This document shows, piece after piece, positions 57,134-64,000 of a stretch of DNA of 64,000 bases. The stretch is from the NCBI RefSeq assembly GCF_009914755.1, contig NC_060941.1. One strand, written 5' to 3'. Within the stretch, counting starts at the first letter, position 1. The number at the start of each line of letters is the position of its first letter. The notes beneath the pieces are model-generated. The model had not been told where the DNA came from. It saw only the letters and a program-made list of their open reading frames with translations, and did not search any database. A program made the position numbers and the translations under genes. This DNA comes from the human T2T-CHM13v2.0 reference genome, Homo sapiens.

Positions 57134-57973
57134 AAAACGTCTCAAGAACCAGAAATGGCTAAGGATTGCGATAGAGAGGATATACCTATATATCCAGTAC
57201 TTCCTCATGTGCAAAAATCTGAGGAAATGTGGATTGAACAAGGCAAATTAGAGTGGAAAAACCAATTAAAACTCGTCATAAATGAGTTAAAGCAGAGGTT
57301 TGGTGAAATTTATGAAAAATACAAAATTCCGGCTTGTCCTGAGGAAGAGCCACTACTTGATAACTCTACAAGAGGAACAGATGTAAAGGATATTCCCTTT
57401 AATTTGACAAATAACATACCTGGTTGTGAGGAAGAAGATGCATCTGAAATATCTGTCTCAGTGGTATTCGAGACATTTCCTGAACAAAAAGAACCCAGTC
57501 TCAAAAATATCATCCATCCATACTATCATCCATACTCTGGGTCCCAGGAACATGTTTGCCAGTCATCTTCTAAGTTTCATTTACATGAAAATAAATTAGA
57601 CTGCGACAATGATAACAAACCAGGCATTGGACATATTTTTAGTACAGATAAGAACTTTCATAATGATGCAAGCACTAAGAAAGCAAGGAACCCAGAAGTG
57701 GTTATGGTTGAAATGAAAGAAGACCAAGAGTTTGATTTGCAAATGACAAAAAATATGAACCAAAATAGTGACAGTGGCAGTACAAACAACTATAAAAGCC
57801 TGAAACCTAAATTAGAAAATCTGAGTTCTTTACCACCAGATTCTGACAGAACATCAGAAGTATATCTACATGAAGAATTACAGCAAGACATGCAAAAGTT
57901 TAAGAATGAGGTCAACACATTAGAAGAAGAGTTCCTGGCTTTGAAGAAAGAAGATGTTCAACTTCATAAAGAT
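57134..57973 (+). CDS. CCDC144A: CCDC144A coding exon 5 (KTSQEPEM...EDVQLHKD)
   Basis: CTGCAG acceptor, GAT|GTAGGG donor, 840 nt open frame, phase 0 to 0. Confidence 0.92.
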
Positions 57974-58397
57974 GTAGGGTTTTACTTGCTGCCACTCTTT
58001 GTTTTTTCTCTCAATTATCTGGTCCATTCTGATTTTCCACTTAGGAAAAGCATATGAAAAGCATACAGTTTGGTTGTCTAAATCTGTAATTGTGTGTAGA
58101 AACAGATGATTTCTAAGTAATAGGAGTTTAGGAAAACTTTCTCATAATCTTCGTTTCTTAATTGACCTAAGTCTCTCTGTCAGTCTTCCAAGTGGCGTAT
58201 GGATTGTGAAACTCATTTAGCCATATATCATGTGACCTTCAGAACCAGGAGAGGCGTCAAGAAAATCGCTAAAGGAAATGTGATGAGCTTGAGGGCTTTT
58301 TCCTTTTACCGACTTAAAGATGAGTTGTGTCTAACAATAAGATGGGAATACAGTAGAAAGGAAGCAATGACTAAGAAGAGATATAAAAATGTATCTA

Positions 58398-58700
58398 GCA
58401 GGCGTGGTGGCAAACACCTGTAGTCTCAGCTACTAGGGAGCCTAAGGCAGGAGGATCATTTGAGGCCAGGCATTCTGGGCCGTAGTGTGCTATGCCGATC
58501 AGGTGTTCACACTAAGTTCGGCATCAATATGGTGACCTCCTGGGAGCGGGGCACCACCAGATTTGCTAAGGAAGGGTGAACCAGCCCAGGTCGGAAGTGG
58601 AGCAGGTCATAAGTAACTCCTGTGCTGATCAGTAGTGGGATCGTGCCTGTGAATAGCTGCTGCATTCCAGCCTGGGCAACGTAGTGAGACCTCATCTCTT
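58398..58700 (+). pseudogene. 7SL (SRP RNA) processed pseudogene
   Basis: Alu-domain ends plus the S-domain sequence CACTAAGTTCGGCATCAATATGGTGACC...CCCAGGTCGGAAG...GTGCTGATCAGTAGTGGGATC; poly-A tail at 58704-58733. Confidence 0.93.
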
Positions 58701-60024
58701 ACTAAAAAAAAAAAAAAAAAGAAAAGAAAAAAGAAGTATCCAGCCCTGAGAGCTGCAGCAAATATTCCTGGCCAATGAATCTGTTTATTGTGCTTTTCAG
58801 GTTTTTCTGTTTAACTCAAACTGCTGGAACTTAGAATTGCATCATGACCACTTTAAATATTTTTCAACAACAAGTATATACACTTTAATATATTTGTTAA
58901 TATAACTACTCTCCACTGTTTCTGTTGAATCAGACCTTTATGTTATGTTGCTTAATAAAGTACAGTAAGTTTTGGCATATATATTTTTTCCATGTAAGTA
59001 GCATAAATGCTCAGCCAAACACTTAGTATATGATGCCAAAGTAGAAAGCTGAGTCCTCTACATTGATTAGGGCAGGCCTCCCACCCTCCGCTAAGGCATT
59101 AAATTATTTTACCCAAGTCACACTTTTAACCTATCTGATTAATTTGCTGAATTTGTCTGATTCAGTATTATGGAATTGTACTGTCTCTTTTGGTGCCACA
59201 AAATGCTAGGTAATGGCACTTTAGGGGCTTTGGATCAATCATTTTAATCTTTTTTGGCTTTAGCCCAGTTATCAATAGAGAGTGAGCTAAAGTAGATTCT
59301 TATACTGTATATCCTCCAGCTATAAACTTTTATGGCTATTGAATGTGAAATTTGGGAAGCATCTCATTTCCAGAATTCCACCCTAGCTCAGCAGTTTCAC
59401 TCTGCTTTTTGTGTTGTGGCAGACTTGTATTTCAGTAAGCACCTTCACCTTTTTGATATCCCAGGATTCAAATGAAAAAAAAAAAAAAAACAAAAAAAAA
59501 AAAACAAAAGTTAGTGGGGGAAAAGAATAGCTTAGTGCAGAAAAGGGAAAGCTTCCTTTCTTTTCCTGAAACCCCACAGTGTTGTATCCTCTCAATCTGG
59601 CTGTTTAATATGAAAGTCAAGTGGCAAAGACAGAAGAAGACAAGCTTTGTGTCTTTATCTTCTTATTTCCATGTTTGTGCCAGTCAAATGAGGTAAAAAT
59701 TCATAATACATAGTAAAGGGTGGTTGGGAATAAAAGCACAAAATTAAGAAGGGCCCTGCTTGAAATTTTGGAAAATTCTGTCTCATTCATTGAAACAGAA
59801 ATGAAGCTGACTTTACAAAAATGTTGATGATAAAATTATAATAATTATAATTATATGATGATAGTTCCAGATGTGATAAAATTAAAGTAAGCACCAAATA
59901 TTTTAATGACTGAAATTATAATTAAACTGAGTCAAGTGATGATGAAATCAATGCAAACAGAAAAAAGTTCTTTGTATTGAATAAAGCAATAACAATCATC
60001 CTGAACATCAAACTCTCACTCAAG

Positions 60025-60161
60025 GTTGAAGAAGAAATGGAGAAGCACAGAAGTAATAGCACAGAATTATCAGGAACCCTAACTGATGGTACTACTGTTG
60101 GCAATGATGATGATGGACTAAATCAGCAGATTCCTAGGAAGGAAAATGGAGAGCATGACAG
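60025..60161 (+). CDS. CCDC144A: CCDC144A coding exon 6 ([10 protein letters not shown]...ENGEHDR); the gene continues beyond the window
   Basis: CTCAAG acceptor, AG|GTAAGC donor, 137 nt, in frame with exon 5. Confidence 0.9.
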
Positions 60162-60195
60162 GTAAGCCTATAGCAGCGTTTAACAGGAGACAATT

Positions 60196-60512
<317 letters not shown>

Positions 60513-62249
60513 ACAGGAGACAATTATGTGCTATGAAATGAATCCTAATTTGGGCTAATATTCATGATGAACAGATTTTATACTTTTACTAGGATATTCA
60601 GCCTTCCTTGGTTATCAGAAAAATGCAAACTAACAATGAGACACCATGTTTTCCAATCATATTGATATTTTATTTAAAAAATCGGAAGTATTGGCAAATG
60701 TGAAGAAAAAGGCGTTTTCATACACTTGTTAAATGAAATTGATGAATCCTTTTTGTAGGGTAATTTAGTAGCATGTATCAAAATTTCAAATATGTCACTT
60801 CTTTAACCTAACAACTTCACTTTTGGGACAAGATCCTACAGGAAAATATGACTTGTGTAAACACATACACATATATGTTAAGGACATTTATTACATGTAG
60901 TATGTAACATACAATAGGCTAATAGGTTAAATATATATAATGTTAAGTATATATGATATATTTATGTTAAGGATATTTATATATGTTGCATATATACTTA
61001 TGTATAAGGATATTTATTATAGCATTATAATATCAAGAAGTTGGAGATAGTCTAAATCCTTAGCAATAAGGAAATAGTACAATTGTCATACCCAGAAAAT
61101 AATGTAGCATGCACTCATTTTAACAAAAGAAGTTGTTAGACCAGGAGTGTACTGATTATTTCACAATTAAAGTCTATTTAAAGCCTTTAGTTTGATGACA
61201 CATCTTAAGCCAGTTTTGTTGGAATTCTCGTAATATCTGCTGAGTTACAAAAGGAAGCTAGCTACATGCTACATTGACACTGTACCTTGTTAGCAACAGA
61301 ATTCTAGTTATTAAATTTTTGTTTTTTGCTGTCAATGTGTGAGTGCTGAAATACCAGATCCTCAAATTAATCTGAATATTGCCAAGGGATTGCACATGGG
61401 GATTCATGTTCCGTGTCAGCTTTTCAATATACTGGGTAAAACTTACTAAAATACAACAGAGGATCTTAGCTCTACTGAACCAAGAATTGGACAGCTATTT
61501 TTGTAAAGAGCCAGTTAGTAAATATTTTAGGCCTTGTGAATTATAAAGGGCATAAGTGTGGCTGCATTTCAAGGAAATTTCCTTATGAAAACAGGCAGTG
61601 GGCTGGATTTGCTCCACAAGCACCAATTTGTTGATCCTTGTGCTAAAACCAAGGTGCTGTTATGCAGTGAATCCTCTTTTTAAAGGTACCCTACATGCAT
61701 GCCATTATCCTTTCTTTTAAAAGATAATGTATTTCAGTAGGAAACACACCATATTTTTCAACAGTAGCTTCATATAATTTAGACAAATTTGATTTACAAA
61801 ATAAGATTATTTTCTGCACTTGTCCCCTTTTATTCGTGTTATAGAATTCCATATTTTGACTATTACTTTGTATATTTGATGAGTATAAAATATTCTAGAA
61901 TTAGATGATTTTTATCAAGCAAGAAATACTTCTCCTGAAACTTTTAGTCTTCCTTGGTCTTTATGTATAAGCATGAGCAAAATGATAATCAGCTTATATA
62001 ATCTAGAAATGTTCAAGAGGTCTTTTGGTTTTATAAGTTAATGAATTTTTATTTAATACCTTCATCTGGCATTTCAAAAATGCCATATAGATATGATTTA
62101 AAAAAACTTTTAAAGGGTAAAAATATAGTATATAGTTATATAAGAATTGAAAAATACAGCTAAACAAGAAGAAAATTAGATCATCTACAGTCATGCCCCT
62201 AGGTATGCTGGCCTTGAAAGAATGGTATATACTCATGGATTCAGATTTC

Positions 62250-63605
62250 TTGTCCATTCACTCTTGAGCTGATACCAGTAATTTTCACTCCTACCACTCT
62301 TCCAAGATTGTTGTTCTCAAGTTTACCATTGATTTGTAAATCTAGACATTGTTTCTTAGACCTCATTTTATTTAACCTGTCAGCAATATTGGACCCAATG
62401 GAAAACTCTCTCCTCCATAACAGTGTCTTCACTTGGCTTTCAGGATCTCACTCACTCACCTGGCTTTTCTTCCTGCCTTTCCAGTCCATCTGTCATAGTC
62501 TGTTTTGCTTTCTTCTCATATCCCACCTTTTACACATTGATATGTCCCAGGACTCAGTCCTCAATCTTGTTTCTCATGACTTTTACTACCTTGTGTGTGC
62601 TAATGATTTCCAAATGCGTGTCTCCAGCCTAGATCTCTCTCCTTAATTCCAGACTTCTACACCAACCTGCCTACTTGACATCTCTGTTTGATTGGTCACG
62701 AACTGTTGGGTATCACAAAACCAGGTCCAAGATTGGGGTACCGATATTCTTTCTCATACCTACCCCTCACATGGTCTTTCCTACTTGCATTAATGGCAAC
62801 TCTTGCAGTTGCTCTGCTAGAAACTAAGGTGTTGTCATTGACTCCCCTCTCTCTCTGACACCTCACATCTAATCTGTCAGCAGATCTTGTCAGGAGTACC
62901 TGAAGAATATATCCAGAAGCCAGTCATATCTTCCATTTCCAAGCCACCACCATCTGCTCTCTAGATGCATGTAATAGACTGTTAATTGGTCTGTTTTTTT
63001 TTTTTAAAGAAACCTCTTTTCATTAATCCTTAACTCAGTGGCACTTAAAACATAAGTCAGATGATGTCATTCTTCTGCTCAGATCCATCTGATTGCCTCC
63101 CATTTCACTCTGAGTATGTGTCAGGGTTCCTCCTCATACCTAGAAGGCAACACACAATATGCCCTGTTCTCTCTCTCACTTAAACTTCTGTTTCTTATTC
63201 CCTTTGCTGTGCTTCAGCTACACTAAACTTCTTGCTCTTCGTTATCTATCACAGTTGCTTAAACACCCCAGGCACACCTCTGCACTGGGCAGTTCCCTGT
63301 GTCTGGGATGCCTTTTCCTCAGATAGCCTCCTGGCTTTCTTTTTCCATTCCTTCAGTTCTTTACTTAAAAGCCCCTTTCTCAGTAAGGACTTTTCTGGCC
63401 ATCCTAGAATTCCCACTATCCCTCCTCTCAAACCTGTAAACATTTCATTTTCCTGCTTTAGTTTTTCTCCTTTAACACTGTATATTTTGCCTAATCTATC
63501 TATGGTTATTGTGTTTATTTCACTCCCATGAGTAGGATGTTTGTGTGCCTAGAAAAGGGCCTAGCTTGCAATAAGTAGCTACTCAATAAATATTTATTAA
63601 ATGAG
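62250..63605 (+). mobile_element. Degenerate L2 LINE
   Basis: L2-like ORF2 and 3' motifs ending in CTCAATAAATATTTATTAAATGA. Confidence 0.6.
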
Positions 63606-64000
63606 CAACTGAAGTTTACCCTTCGGTGTATTGTTTTAAACATTAGATTGATTCTCAGGTAAAAAAAAAAAAAAAGAAAGAAAGAAAAAGGTTTCACATG
63701 GGTTCATTCTAACACTTTTGCCTGGAAATTATATGCGTTTTTGGATTTTTTGGCTCTTTGTAATAAGCTACATTCTTTGTATTAATAGTTTTCCATTTAG
63801 AGAGAAAAGCTCAATATTGTCATTACTCACTATTTATTCTTTTACTAATAATCATGATAGTTTTACTTATGATAAAATGGATCAAAGGAATTACATAGTT
63901 CATTGGTAATTTATAAAGAAAATTAAAATATAAGGGTGGTAAATTTAATGGACTTAAAATTGTTTCCAATTGATTATGAACCTTCAGTATTTGAAGTTAA

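Noticed and set aside
57974-58057. C-terminal tail of the 311-aa ORF
   Set aside because: Read-through past the exon 5 donor into the intron.

Overview
Human (primate) genomic DNA, recognisable from the CCDC144A protein sequence as the 17p11.2 low-copy-repeat region. It is not prokaryotic and has no CRISPR array. From left to right: a CpG-island promoter and first exon of a minus-strand gene (probably ZNF624); a young AluYb8; a full-length THE1/MaLR element; an orphan SPECC1 exon fragment; a NEK4 processed pseudogene that has become strongly GC/CpG-rich, next to a (GGCTGAGG)n minisatellite; an AT-rich block holding an old ~3 kb direct duplication and a chain of phase-compatible, exon-like minus-strand units (a possible fossil gene); an RNASEH1 processed pseudogene; and the promoter plus coding exons 1-6 of CCDC144A (ANKRD26/POTE family, ankyrin exons lost), with intronic U6 and 7SL pseudogenes. 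Gene and repeat names come from my recall of protein and repeat consensus sequences, not from database searches. Repeat boundaries are approximate. The best candidates for something undescribed are the fossil exon chain (19.8-25.5 kb), the GC-converted NEK4 retrocopy, the templated inverted insertion inside an AluJ, and the SPECC1 fragment.
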